Origin: Escherichia coli
GTDB lineage: Bacteria; Pseudomonadota; Gammaproteobacteria; Enterobacterales; Enterobacteriaceae
Assembly: GCF_003334785.1 (NCBI RefSeq)
Contig: NZ_QOWV01000006.1
Length of the DNA stretch: 64,000 nt
Strand: one strand, 5' to 3'
Part shown: positions 43,849-61,411 of the stretch, in pieces
How the letters are laid out: each line of letters starts with the position of its first letter
Position numbering within the stretch: position 1 is the first letter of the stretch
Translations under genes and position numbers: made by a program
Notes under the pieces: generated by a model
What the model was told of the DNA's origin: nothing
Databases searched by the model: none
What the model saw: the letters and a program-made list of their open reading frames with translations, nothing else

Positions 43849-44397
43849 TTAAGAACGTTTTTCAGGAATACGGCACAGCCCCTGAGCGGGAATGTCCATG
43901 GCAGAATTAAAACGGGCTGACAGATTTTGCAGGCCGATCAATGCCGTCAGTTCGGTGAGCGCCTGAGCGTCAAAATGCGCAGCCAGTCGGGTACGCAGGG
44001 CATCATCGACCGTTGGCGGCGTTACGCTTGCGGCTTCGGCGTACTCCAGCGCCAGCCGTTCTTCATCGCTAAAGAGCGGGCTTTGCCGCCAGTCAGCCAC
44101 TGCCAGCAGTTTATCGCTGCTGCCGGTGCGCTCGGCGACTTTCATACTGGTGATATCCACACAAAACTCACACAGGCACATTTGCGCAATGCGCGCGCTG
44201 ACAAGCGATCGTACTACCGGATCGAGCGGTGAGCGTTTGCGCTCCAGCCAGCCAACAAACATCGACACCAGATAAAAGATAAACGGGATCCGCCCCCACC
44301 AGCGAATGGGGCTTAGCACCTCGCCGTAATGGCGACGATGCAGCCACGCCTGTGGACGTAAAATTAAAGGAATTTTGCTAAGCGGCGGTAAACCCAT
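43849..44397 (-). CDS. ynjA: YnjA, AhpD-like / carboxymuconolactone-decarboxylase-family protein, 182 aa
   Basis: Track ORF; Cys cluster CLCEFC. Confidence 0.8.
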   Translation of the reverse strand: MGLPPLSKIPLILRPQAWLHRRHYGEVLSPIRWWGRIPFIFYLVSMFVGWLERKRSPLDPVVRSLVSARIAQMCLCEFCVDITSMKVAERTGSSDKLLAVADWRQSPLFSDEERLALEYAEAASVTPPTVDDALRTRLAAHFDAQALTELTALIGLQNLSARFNSAMDIPAQGLCRIPEKRS

Positions 44398-45104
44398 CAG
44401 GCATTCCTCTTCTGGCGTTCAAGCCATATTTTCTTCGCCATAAAAATCACCACGGTCAGGGCAAACAGAATAAACAGTCCGGTGACAAACCAGAAAGTAC
44501 CGCCTGTTAACATGCTGCCCGCCCAGGAATAAACAATAGTTGCCGGTAACTGACCAAGCCCGGTGGCGATAAAAAACGAGCGAAAACGTATTGAAGTCAA
44601 ACCGGCAGCATAGCTGATTGGATCGAAAGGGACAAAAGGCAATAACCGACAGACCAGAATGGTGTGTTTGCCGTAGCGAGTGAAAAAGCCGTCCATACTG
44701 TCAAGCACGGTTTTGCCGGTTAATTTTTCCACCACTTCGCGGCCCATCACTCTGGCGATAAAAAAGCACAGCGCCGCGCCGGCCATCGAACTGGTCCACG
44801 ACAGCAAGCCGCCCCAGAACGCGCCAAACAGCGACGCATTGGCAAAGGTGATCAAAAACGCAGGTAGCGGTGCAGCAATGGCCTGCAAAATCATCAACAA
44901 GAACGAGACAACTGCCGCCAGTGCGCCGTAAGACTGAATAAAGCGTTCTATACCCTGTTGGTCCACGGCGGCAAACGCCGCAACGCTGCGATTGATAAAC
45001 TCATGGACGCCGGGAAGCAGCGCCCATGCCAGCAGCATAGCGAACAACAGGATGATGAGGGTTATACGGTAGTACCAGATTTTTCGCGATTGCATCATCA
45101 TCAT
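44397..45104 (-). CDS. ydjZ: YdjZ, DedA/TVP38-family inner-membrane protein, 235 aa
   Basis: Track ORF; polytopic membrane protein. Confidence 0.8.
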   Translation of the reverse strand: MMMMQSRKIWYYRITLIILLFAMLLAWALLPGVHEFINRSVAAFAAVDQQGIERFIQSYGALAAVVSFLLMILQAIAAPLPAFLITFANASLFGAFWGGLLSWTSSMAGAALCFFIARVMGREVVEKLTGKTVLDSMDGFFTRYGKHTILVCRLLPFVPFDPISYAAGLTSIRFRSFFIATGLGQLPATIVYSWAGSMLTGGTFWFVTGLFILFALTVVIFMAKKIWLERQKRNA

Positions 45105-45118
45105 CCTTTATCCTGGCT

Positions 45119-45796
45119 TTATTCGGCGATTTTAAAGGTAACCGTTGCCAGCGTGTTATCCGCCGGGAGAACTGAGGCATTGCCTTTGAATTTAACTTCA
45201 CCACGTTTTTCAACCGCACCATAAGTGTATGTTGCATTGCTGACGATGCCGACCGGGCAGCTATCCAGACACACCAGGCAACCCGTTTTCTTCTCTTCTG
45301 CTGCCGTTAAATTACCGCCAAAGCGCATGTCCAGTTTCTTGCCATTACTGTCAACAATCACTTCATCGAAGGAATACGCTTTTGCCGCCCCTTGCCAGTT
45401 GACCGAAATATCCAGTTTGCTGCCTGTGACATGAGTCGTTTCTTTATTATCCATCGTCATGTTTTCGCCCGGCGTACCACCTGCCTCTTTCAGGGCTTCA
45501 TAAAATGCTTTCGGGGTCGCATAACCCATAAACAGCGATTTATGTCCGTTGGAGCCATCTTTAAACACAATACCGTGACGAGTGTCGTCGGTGAGGAAAC
45601 GACCATTAATTTGCACCAGCATGGTTACCGTATGGTTATTGGCATCGACACGCAGCGGTTGGCTGTTCGAAAGTCCGTCGTATTCCACTTTTGCCGCCGC
45701 ATTCTCTTGTTGATCGCAGCCGCTAAGCCCAGCAACAGCCAGTAAACAGAGTGCAGCCAGTCCTTTTTTCCATGACACTGAATAATGTTGCAACAT
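45119..45796 (-). CDS. ydjY: YdjY, lipoprotein with C-terminal CxxCxxxC motif, 225 aa
   Basis: Track ORF 45119..45958 trimmed to MLQHYSVSW; lipobox LSGC; CLVCLDSC motif. Confidence 0.8.
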   Translation of the reverse strand: MLQHYSVSWKKGLAALCLLAVAGLSGCDQQENAAAKVEYDGLSNSQPLRVDANNHTVTMLVQINGRFLTDDTRHGIVFKDGSNGHKSLFMGYATPKAFYEALKEAGGTPGENMTMDNKETTHVTGSKLDISVNWQGAAKAYSFDEVIVDSNGKKLDMRFGGNLTAAEEKKTGCLVCLDSCPVGIVSNATYTYGAVEKRGEVKFKGNASVLPADNTLATVTFKIAE

Positions 45797-45800
45797 CGTT

Positions 45801-46511
45801 CTATCCTTCATTTTTTGGGTGAGTAAGTGGGCTGCGGCGCGAAGCAGACAGATCCACATGTTTGTGTCGGGCGTAGAGTTTTGCGAGCTGGACGAGAATA
45901 AACAGCGCCAGGCCCGCCAGACAGAGTTGTAAAATAAAGCGCAGCGTAATGCCTTCATTGGCGAGATCGCTTGCCATCACGGTATAAATAACAATACCGG
46001 GTAGGGTCGTGAGTGCCGAAATAAGGGTATAAGGCCAGAAGGCGATTGTGGTTAATCCGTAAGCGTAATTTTGAATATTGTAAGGAAACAACGGGATTAA
46101 GCGGGTCAGAATAAGAAAATCAATACCGTTACGCGCAATGCCTTTTTCAATGGCCTGGAAGGTATTGCTATGGCCAACGTATTTCAGCAGTAAATCACGT
46201 CCCAGCCAGCGCGCCAGCAGGAATGAGCACGAGGAGGCCAGCGTGGCGGCAATTAATGAGAGTAGTGTCCCTAAGAGCGGGCCAAAAACTATTCCTCCCG
46301 CGATCACCAGTATGCTTCCTGGTAACAGCAAGAGGGTGGCAATGATGAATAACAGAATATAGAGGCTATAGCCGAAAAATCCGCTCTGGCGGATGAGTGT
46401 CTGTAAGTGGGGTAAATCGGTGAGCAGATCGAATAAACCGAAAGCGTGGATAGCGTAAATGACCAGCGCAAAAATAAGACAGGCAAAAAGAAATTTACGC
46501 TCAGCGTTCAT
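45801..46511 (-). CDS. ydjX: YdjX, DedA/TVP38-family inner-membrane protein, 236 aa
   Basis: Track ORF 45801..46559 trimmed to MNAERKFL. Confidence 0.8.
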   Translation of the reverse strand: MNAERKFLFACLIFALVIYAIHAFGLFDLLTDLPHLQTLIRQSGFFGYSLYILLFIIATLLLLPGSILVIAGGIVFGPLLGTLLSLIAATLASSCSFLLARWLGRDLLLKYVGHSNTFQAIEKGIARNGIDFLILTRLIPLFPYNIQNYAYGLTTIAFWPYTLISALTTLPGIVIYTVMASDLANEGITLRFILQLCLAGLALFILVQLAKLYARHKHVDLSASRRSPLTHPKNEG

Positions 46512-46677
46512 CGTGGAGTTTCCTATATCAAACTTGATAATAGAGAAGTGGTCAGACAACTAAAAACGCAGAGACGGTATAACAAAGGACGGCAGGCAAC
46601 AAATCATTACTGACAGTTTGTTGATTTTTCTCAAGGTTAATTCTCCTGACCCAGTTTGAGCCAGGAGAGCTGCTAAA

Positions 46678-47484
46678 TTAGCGGCGGAAGGTCGCCCAGA
46701 CGGGGGCGTGATCGGACGGTTTTTCCATGCTGCGGATTTCATAGTCGATGCCGGTTTCTACGCAACATTCTGCCAGCGGTTGGCTGGCGAGCAGCAGGTC
46801 GATGCGCAGACCACGGTTATCGTCAAAACCTTTTGAGCGGTAATCAAACCATGAGAAACGATCTGCTGTTTGCGGATTCGCATGGCGGAAGGTATCGACC
46901 AACCCCCAGCTCATCAGCCTGTCCATCCATTCGCGCTCTTCCGGCAGGAAAGAGCATTTACCGGTACGCAGCCAGCGCTTACGGTTTTCTTCGCCAATGC
47001 CGATATCCAGATCAGTAGGGCTGATATTCATATCGCCCATAATCAGTACCGGATTATCACGTTTGAGTTCGGTTTCCAGGTAGTTTTGCAGATTCTGATA
47101 AAACTGCGCTTTTGCCGGGAATTTTATCGGATGGTCGCGGCTTTCACCCTGCGGGAAGTAACCGTTGATCACGGTGACATTACCCAGCAGTGAGGGGATT
47201 TCCGCCATAATAATCCGCCGCTGCGCCTCTTCGTCGTCACCGGGAAAGCCGCGACGCACGGCAATCGGCGTCTCTTTGGTCAGCAGCGCCACGCCATAAT
47301 GGCCTTTCTGCCCGTGATAAAACACGTTGTAGCCGAGCTTCGCCACCTCTTCGAGCGGAAACATATCGTCATGAACTTTTGTCTCCTGCAGGCCAATCAC
47401 ATCCGGTTGGTGCTTTTCGACGATGGCTTCAAGCTGGTGAGGTCTGGCGCGCAGGCCGTTGATATTAAAAGAGACAAATTTCAT
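46678..47484 (-). CDS. xthA: Exodeoxyribonuclease III (AP endonuclease VI) XthA, 268 aa
   Basis: Track ORF trimmed to [19 protein letters not shown]. Confidence 0.9.
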
Positions 47485-47841
47485 AGTCGCTGCCATTTAT
47501 TCAGATAAAGAGTGCGTGGATGGTAGCAGAATTTCGCGTTGCTTACCGCCTGTTGTTAAGTGATTTGATCGATGGTTGTTAATGATGTCAACGATGGCGC
47601 AAAAAATGCCCGCTTTTAGTGCGCGCTGCGTCAGAATGGCGCAGTAATTTCCAGTAAATTTCGTCAATGATCACAATTCCAGAATTATATTTTACTTCTG
47701 CATAACATTGCGTTTTTTATTCTTTTTATTCACCCACATCGCAAACGTATTCACTTTATATGCACTTTAAATGCATATGGTTTGGTTATAACTCCTTGAT
47801 TTCCAGTTAGCCTCCGCCGTTTATGCACTTTTATCACTGGC

Positions 47842-47858
47842 TGGCACGAACCCTGCAA
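47842..47858 (+). promoter_or_regulatory. Sigma54 (-24/-12) promoter TGGCAC-N5-CTGCA upstream of astC
   Basis: GG at 47843-47844 and GC at 47855-47856 separated by exactly 10 nt, about 75 nt upstream of astC ATG. Confidence 0.7.
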
Positions 47859-47893
47859 TCTACATTTACAGCGCAAACATTACTTATTATTAA

Positions 47894-53957
<6,064 letters not shown>

Positions 53958-53961
53958 TACT

Positions 53962-54000
53962 TACCCGCAGAAATCATTCTGCGGGTATTAAGTTGCTTTC
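53962..54000 (+). terminator. Rho-independent terminator after astE (tacccgcaga/tctgcgggta then T-rich tract)
   Basis: 10-bp perfect stem 53962-53971/53978-53987. Confidence 0.65.
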
Positions 54001-54202
54001 TTATAAATTAATACAGATTAATCCTGGTTATTTGCTTTATTTATCACCAGTCATCCGGTATAGTTCTTCATAATCTCTGCAAAATCATCGTGTTGTAATA
54101 TTCTCTCATCACTCTCCATCAAATTTTCTTTTTTTCTCCATAATTGGCGCAAAAGTGTTTTTTACACTTTCATTGTTTTACCGTTGCTCTGATTAATTGA
54201 CG

Positions 54203-54217
54203 CTAAAGTCAGTAAAG
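54203..54217 (+). promoter_or_regulatory. CpxR-type tandem box CTAAA-N5-GTAAA in the spy promoter region
   Basis: ctaaagtcagtaaag about 70 nt upstream of spy ATG, next to TTGACG at 54197-54202. Confidence 0.5.
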
Positions 54218-54286
54218 TTAATCTCGTCAACACGGCACGCTACTTAAGAAAGCCGTAATAAATAACTGAAAGGAAGGATATAGAAT

Positions 54287-54772
54287 ATGCGTAAATTAAC
54301 TGCACTGTTTGTTGCCTCTACCCTGGCTCTTGGCGCGGCTAACCTGGCCCATGCCGCAGACACCACTACCGCAGCACCGGCTGACGCGAAGCCGATGATG
54401 CACCACAAAGGCAAGTTCGGTCCGCATCAGGACATGATGTTCAAAGACCTGAACCTGACCGACGCGCAGAAACAGCAGATCCGCGAAATCATGAAAGGCC
54501 AGCGTGACCAGATGAAACGTCCGCCGCTGGAAGAACGCCGCGCAATGCATGACATCATTGCCAGCGATACCTTCGATAAAGTAAAAGCTGAAGCGCAGAT
54601 CGCAAAAATGGAAGAACAGCGCAAAGCTAACATGCTGGCGCACATGGAAACCCAGAACAAAATTTACAACATCCTGACGCCGGAACAGAAAAAGCAATTT
54701 AATGCTAATTTTGAGAAGCGTCTGACAGAACGTCCAGCGGCAAAAGGTAAAATGCCTGCAACTGCTGAATAA
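54287..54772 (+). CDS. spy: Periplasmic chaperone Spy, 161 aa
   Basis: Track ORF; signal peptide; Lys/Glu-rich helical sequence. Confidence 0.9.
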   Translation: MRKLTALFVASTLALGAANLAHAADTTTAAPADAKPMMHHKGKFGPHQDMMFKDLNLTDAQKQQIREIMKGQRDQMKRPPLEERRAMHDIIASDTFDKVKAEAQIAKMEEQRKANMLAHMETQNKIYNILTPEQKKQFNANFEKRLTERPAAKGKMPATAE

Positions 54773-54794
54773 TCTTTCAGCCAAAAAACTTAAG

Positions 54795-54860
54795 ACCGCC
54801 GGTCTTGTCCACTACCTTGCAGTAATGCGGTGGACAGGATCGGCGGTTTTCTTTTCTCTT
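54795..54860 (+). terminator. Rho-independent terminator of spy (long imperfect hairpin then TTTTCTTTTCTCTTCTC)
   Basis: accgccg/cggcggt and tgtccac/gtggaca arms followed by T-run. Confidence 0.6.
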
Positions 54861-54896
54861 CTCAAACAGTTGTAAAAAAAGCCTGATCACCACTAA

Positions 54897-56397
<1,501 letters not shown>

Positions 56398-56410
56398 TGT
56401 TGACTCCGAA

Positions 56411-56430
56411 TGCTGGTTATCTATCCAGTG
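56411..56430 (-). promoter_or_regulatory. Non-canonical LexA (SOS) box CTGG-N8-CCAG upstream of cho
   Basis: Minus-strand cactggatagataaccagca, 14-33 nt upstream of cho ATG. Confidence 0.6.
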
Positions 56431-56483
56431 TAACAGGCGGGAAGCGATTAAAAAAGAGGCGGGTCGATGACAAAGGTTACACC

Positions 56484-56590
56484 GTCTGACGTGCTACGCC
56501 TGTCAGGCCTATTCGACTCCTGCAATGTATTGAATTTGCATAGTTTTATAGGTCGAATAAGGCGTTCACGCCGCATCCGGCGTGAACAAA
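56484..56590. repeat. BIME/REP cluster between cho and nadE
   Basis: cctgtcaggcct ... ctgcaatgtattgaatttgcatagttttataggtcg ... gttcacgccgcatccggcgtgaac. Confidence 0.65.
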
Positions 56591-56626
56591 TTACTCTTTT
56601 TCGCACAATCCAATATGTGCAAATTA

Positions 56627-57454
56627 TTACTTTTTCCAGAAATCATCGAAAACGGTAATTGGCGGACGGCGTTTATGTTCGGTTTTCAGATACCAGTTCT
56701 CTATTGTTCTGGCGACCTGTTGAGGTACGTTTTTCCCTTCCAGATAGTCGTCGATATTGTCATAGGTCACGCCGAGTGCCACTTCATCTGGCAGAGAAGG
56801 GCGATCATCTTCCAGATCGGCCGTTGGCGCTTTCTTATAAAGGTGTTCCGGGCAAGCTAATGCCGCCAGTAACTGTTTACCCTGACGTTTGTTGAGACGA
56901 TACAGCGGATTAATGTCCGTACCGCCGTCACCATATTTAGTGAAGAATCCGGTAATGGCTTCTGCTGCATGATCGGTGCCCACCACGACACCGCTGGTCA
57001 TACCCGCAATGCTATATTGTGCTTTCATCCGCTCACGCGCTTTTTCATTGCCACGGACAAAATCGCTCAGTTCAATGCCTGCTTCCCGCAATGCCTGTTC
57101 GCTGGCCAATACCGCGCCCTTGATATTAACGGTTAATACGCGATCCGGTTGAATAAAGGCAATGGCATCCTGGCAATCTTGTTCGTCGGCCTGAACACCA
57201 TAGGGCAGGCGTACGGCAATAAATTGCAGTGATTCGTTGCCGGTTTCCAGGCGCAGCTCATTAATCGCCATCTGGCACAGCTTTCCGGCAAGCGTGGAGT
57301 CCTGACCGCCGCTGATCCCGAGCACCAGTGATTTAATGAACGGATAAGTTTGCAGGTAGCTTTTCAGAAAATCGACACTACGACGAATTTCCTCTTCAGC
57401 ATTAATCTGCGGTTTTGCGCCCAGCGCCTTTATTATTTGTTGTTGCAATGTCAT
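56627..57454 (-). CDS. nadE: NH3-dependent NAD+ synthetase NadE, 275 aa
   Basis: Track ORF; SGGQDS PP-loop motif. Confidence 0.9.
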
Positions 57455-57655
57455 TGAACCCCTCCAGACAGAAAAGACAAAACTTCCTTAAAGCTAACCC
57501 GTTGCTACTGAAACGACAAGCGACAGCGGGCTGAATGGTGGTTAAAACGTCATACAGGAATCCTCTGAAAGCGGAGCCGTTTCGTTCACGGGCTTGAAAA
57601 AGCGCCCAATGTATTCCAGGCTTATCTAACACGCTGATAAACAAGAGGACGGAAT

Positions 57656-57994
57656 ATGAACAAGAATATGGCAGGAATTCTGAGTGCAGCGGCGGTATTA
57701 ACCATGCTGGCGGGTTGTACGGCTTATGATCGTACCAAAGACCAGTTTGTACAGCCTGTGGTGAAAGACGTCAAAAAAGGCATGAGCCGGGCGCAGGTTG
57801 CACAAATTGCGGGTAAACCTTCGTCTGAAGTGAGCATGATCCATGCTCGCGGTACTTGCCAGACCTACATCCTGGGTCAACGTGATGGTAAAGCAGAAAC
57901 CTACTTTGTCGCGTTAGATGATACCGGACATGTCATCAACTCCGGTTATCAGACCTGTGCTGAATACGACACTGATCCACAGGCTGCGAAGTAA
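57656..57994 (+). CDS. osmE: Osmotically inducible lipoprotein OsmE, 112 aa
   Basis: Track ORF; lipobox LAGC. Confidence 0.85.
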
Positions 57995-58025
57995 TCAATT
58001 CGTCTGAAAGCTTGAGTAACAACGG

Positions 58026-58052
58026 AAACCGGCCATTGCGCCGGTTTTTTTT
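58026..58052 (+). terminator. Rho-independent terminator of osmE (aaaccggc/gccggttt then T8)
   Basis: aaaccggccattgcgccggtttttttt. Confidence 0.75.
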
Positions 58053-58092
58053 GGCCTGAGTTCTTAATTATCTTCGCGAATTATTTGCCCGA

Positions 58093-58114
58093 AATGTGAA
58101 GAGGGTCATAACCA
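58093..58114. promoter_or_regulatory. Candidate CRP site TGTGA-N6-TCATA upstream of chbB
   Basis: aatgtgaagagggtcataacca. Confidence 0.4.
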
Positions 58115-58292
58115 CAGGTCAAGGAGAAACAATTTATAAGGTCAAAGAAATACTATTGCTCAGGTCTATACCGTATACTCCTTTCAGCCACAAAAAAAGT
58201 CATGTTGGTTTCGCAAGTTACCCAGAGCATGGAAGCAGGTTAAGGCTTGCGGAGTGTCTGGCTGACAGATAATCGTCGATGAGGGCAGTTTT

Positions 58293-58613
58293 ATGGAAAA
58301 GAAACACATTTATCTGTTTTGTTCTGCGGGCATGTCTACCTCTTTACTGGTATCAAAAATGCGCGCACAGGCAGAAAAATATGAAGTTCCGGTCATTATT
58401 GAAGCATTTCCGGAAACACTGGCTGGTGAAAAAGGTCAGAATGCCGATGTCGTGTTATTAGGGCCGCAGATTGCTTATATGTTGCCCGAAATCCAGCGTT
58501 TGTTACCCAACAAACCGGTTGAAGTAATTGACTCGCTGCTTTATGGCAAAGTCGATGGTTTAGGCGTGCTTAAGGCTGCGGTTGCAGCGATTAAAAAAGC
58601 CGCAGCAAATTAA
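58293..58613 (+). CDS. chbB: PTS chitobiose-specific EIIB, 106 aa
   Basis: Track ORF; active-site Cys in [10 protein letters not shown]. Confidence 0.9.
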   Translation: MEKKHIYLFCSAGMSTSLLVSKMRAQAEKYEVPVIIEAFPETLAGEKGQNADVVLLGPQIAYMLPEIQRLLPNKPVEVIDSLLYGKVDGLGVLKAAVAAIKKAAAN

Positions 58614-58697
58614 TTTATTTTAAATTTTCCCGTCAAAGAGTTATTTCATAAATCAATACCGCAATATTTAAATTGCGGTTTTTAAGGGTATTTTTCT

Positions 58698-60056
58698 ATG
58701 AGTAATGTTATTGCATCGCTTGAAAAGGTACTCCTCCCTTTTGCAGTTAAAATAGGAAAGCAGCCACACGTTAATGCAATCAAAAATGGCTTTATTCGCT
58801 TAATGCCGTTAACCCTTGCGGGGGCCATGTTTGTATTAATTAACAACGTTTTTCTAAGCTTTGGGGAGGGGTCGTTTTTTTATTCCTTAGGTATTCGCCT
58901 CGACGCCTCAACCATTGAAACACTTAATGGTCTGAAAGGTATTGGCGGCAACGTATATAACGGAACATTAGGAATAATGTCTTTAATGGCACCGTTCTTT
59001 ATTGGCATGGCGCTGGCAGAAGAGCGTAAAGTCGATGCGCTGGCGGCTGGGTTGTTATCCGTTGCAGCATTTATGACCGTCACCCCATATAGTGTCGGTG
59101 AGGCCTATGCGGTTGGTGCAAACTGGTTAGGTGGGGCGAATATCATCTCCGGGATTATTATTGGCCTGGTGGTGGCAGAAATGTTTACCTTTATTGTCCG
59201 CCGCAATTGGGTCATTAAACTGCCCGACAGCGTACCTGCTTCAGTATCGCGTTCCTTCTCGGCATTAATTCCCGGCTTTATTATTCTTTCCGTGATGGGG
59301 ATTATTGCCTGGGCGTTGAATACCTGGGGCACCAACTTCCATCAGATCATTATGGATACCATCTCAACCCCACTGGCATCGTTGGGTAGCGTGGTGGGCT
59401 GGGCCTATGTGATCTTTGTTCCACTGCTCTGGTTCTTCGGTATTCATGGCGCGCTGGCGCTGACCGCACTGGACAACGGCATTATGACGCCGTGGGCACT
59501 GGAAAATATCGCGACCTATCAGCAATATGGTTCCGTCGAAGCGGCGCTGGCAGCCGGTAAGACCTTCCATATCTGGGCCAAGCCGATGCTGGACTCCTTT
59601 ATTTTCCTTGGGGGCAGTGGTGCGACTTTAGGCCTGATCCTGGCTATCTTTATCGCCTCTCGCCGTGCTGATTATCGTCAGGTGGCAAAACTGGCGCTGC
59701 CGTCCGGCATCTTCCAGATTAACGAACCGATTCTGTTTGGTCTGCCAATTATCATGAACCCGGTGATGTTTATCCCGTTTGTACTGGTACAACCGATTCT
59801 GGCGGCAATCACCCTCGCAGCGTACTACATGGGCATTATTCCTCCGGTGACCAATATTGCACCGTGGACCATGCCAACCGGTCTGGGAGCCTTCTTTAAC
59901 ACCAACGGTAGCGTCGCCGCATTGCTGGTCGCACTCTTCAACCTTGGCATCGCAACGTTAATTTATCTGCCCTTTGTTGTGGTGGCTAACAAAGCACAAA
60001 ATGCGATTGATAAAGAAGAGAGCGAAGAAGATATCGCTAACGCCCTGAAATTTTAA
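58698..60056 (+). CDS. chbC: PTS chitobiose-specific EIIC permease, 452 aa
   Basis: Track ORF; polytopic. Confidence 0.9.
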
Positions 60057-60106
60057 TCGATGCCGGTACGGGTAATCGTGCCGGTAAGAAAAGAGAGGAA
60101 CGATGT

Positions 60107-60457
60107 ATGATGGATCTCGATAACATTCCCGATACGCAAACGGAAGCTGAAGAGCTGGAAGAAGTGGTGATGGGGCTGATCATCAACTCCGGGCAAGCGC
60201 GCAGCCTGGCGTATGCGGCACTGAAACAGGCGAAGCAGGGCGATTTTGCCGCAGCAAAAGCCATGATGGATCAGTCACGGATGGCATTGAATGAAGCGCA
60301 TCTGGTACAGACGAAACTGATTGAAGGCGATGCGGGCGAAGGTAAGATGAAAGTGAGTCTGGTGCTGGTCCACGCTCAGGATCATTTAATGACGTCCATG
60401 CTTGCGCGTGAACTGATTACTGAATTAATTGAGCTTCATGAAAAACTGAAGGCATAA
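60107..60457 (+). CDS. chbA: PTS chitobiose-specific EIIA, 116 aa
   Basis: Track ORF; length and sequence match remembered ChbA. Confidence 0.9.
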
Positions 60458-60464
60458 GGAGTCG

Positions 60465-61307
60465 ATGATGCAGCCAGTGATTAACGCGCCGGAAATTGCC
60501 ACTGCCCGAGAACAGCAGTTGTTTAATGGCAAAAACTTCCATGTGTTTATCTATAACAAAACTGAGAGTATCAGCGGACTGCATCAGCACGACTATTATG
60601 AATTTACTCTGGTATTAACCGGGCGTTATTTCCAGGAGATTAACGGTAAGCGCGTGTTACTGGAACGGGGCGATTTTGTTTTTATTCCGTTAGGTTCGCA
60701 CCATCAAAGTTTTTATGAGTTTGGTGCCACGCGCATATTGAACGTTGGGATCAGTAAACGCTTTTTTGAGCAGCATTACCTGCCATTGTTGCCTTATTGC
60801 TTTGTCGCTTCGCAGGTATACCGGACCAATAACGCTTTTCTCACCTATGTGGAAACAGTGATTTCTTCATTGAATTTCCGCGAAACAGGGCTGGAAGAGT
60901 TTGTTGAGATGGTTACTTTTTATGTCATTAACCGTTTACGTCATTACCGCGAAGAACAGGTGATTGATGATGTACCGCAGTGGCTGAAAAGTACGGTAGA
61001 AAAGATGCATGATAAAGAGCAGTTTAGTGAATCGGCGCTGGAGAATATGGTGGCGTTGTCAGCCAAATCACAGGAATATTTGACGCGAGCGACTCAACGA
61101 TATTATGGCAAAACGCCAATGCAGATTATTAATGAAATCCGTATTAATTTTGCCAAAAAACAACTGGAAATGACCAACTATTCAGTGACGGATATTGCGT
61201 TTGAGGCCGGTTATAGTAGCCCGAGTTTGTTTATTAAAACGTTTAAGAAATTAACGTCCTTTACGCCTAAGAGCTATCGTAAGAAATTGACTGAATTTAA
61301 TCAGTAA
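60465..61307 (+). CDS. chbR: AraC-family dual regulator ChbR, 280 aa
   Basis: Track ORF; C-terminal AraC HTH. Confidence 0.9.
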
Positions 61308-61411
61308 GTCGTTATACCTGACAATTCACATATCTGTCCTGTTGCTGGATTATTTATGTCCGGGGGGGCAGATATGCCAGATATCAGTATTCTGTACTGA
61401 AGGGAGAAATT

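Noticed and set aside
46560-46742. 60-aa minus-strand ORF between ydjX and xthA
   Set aside because: Overlaps the 3-prime end of xthA in another frame; no SD; low-complexity translation.
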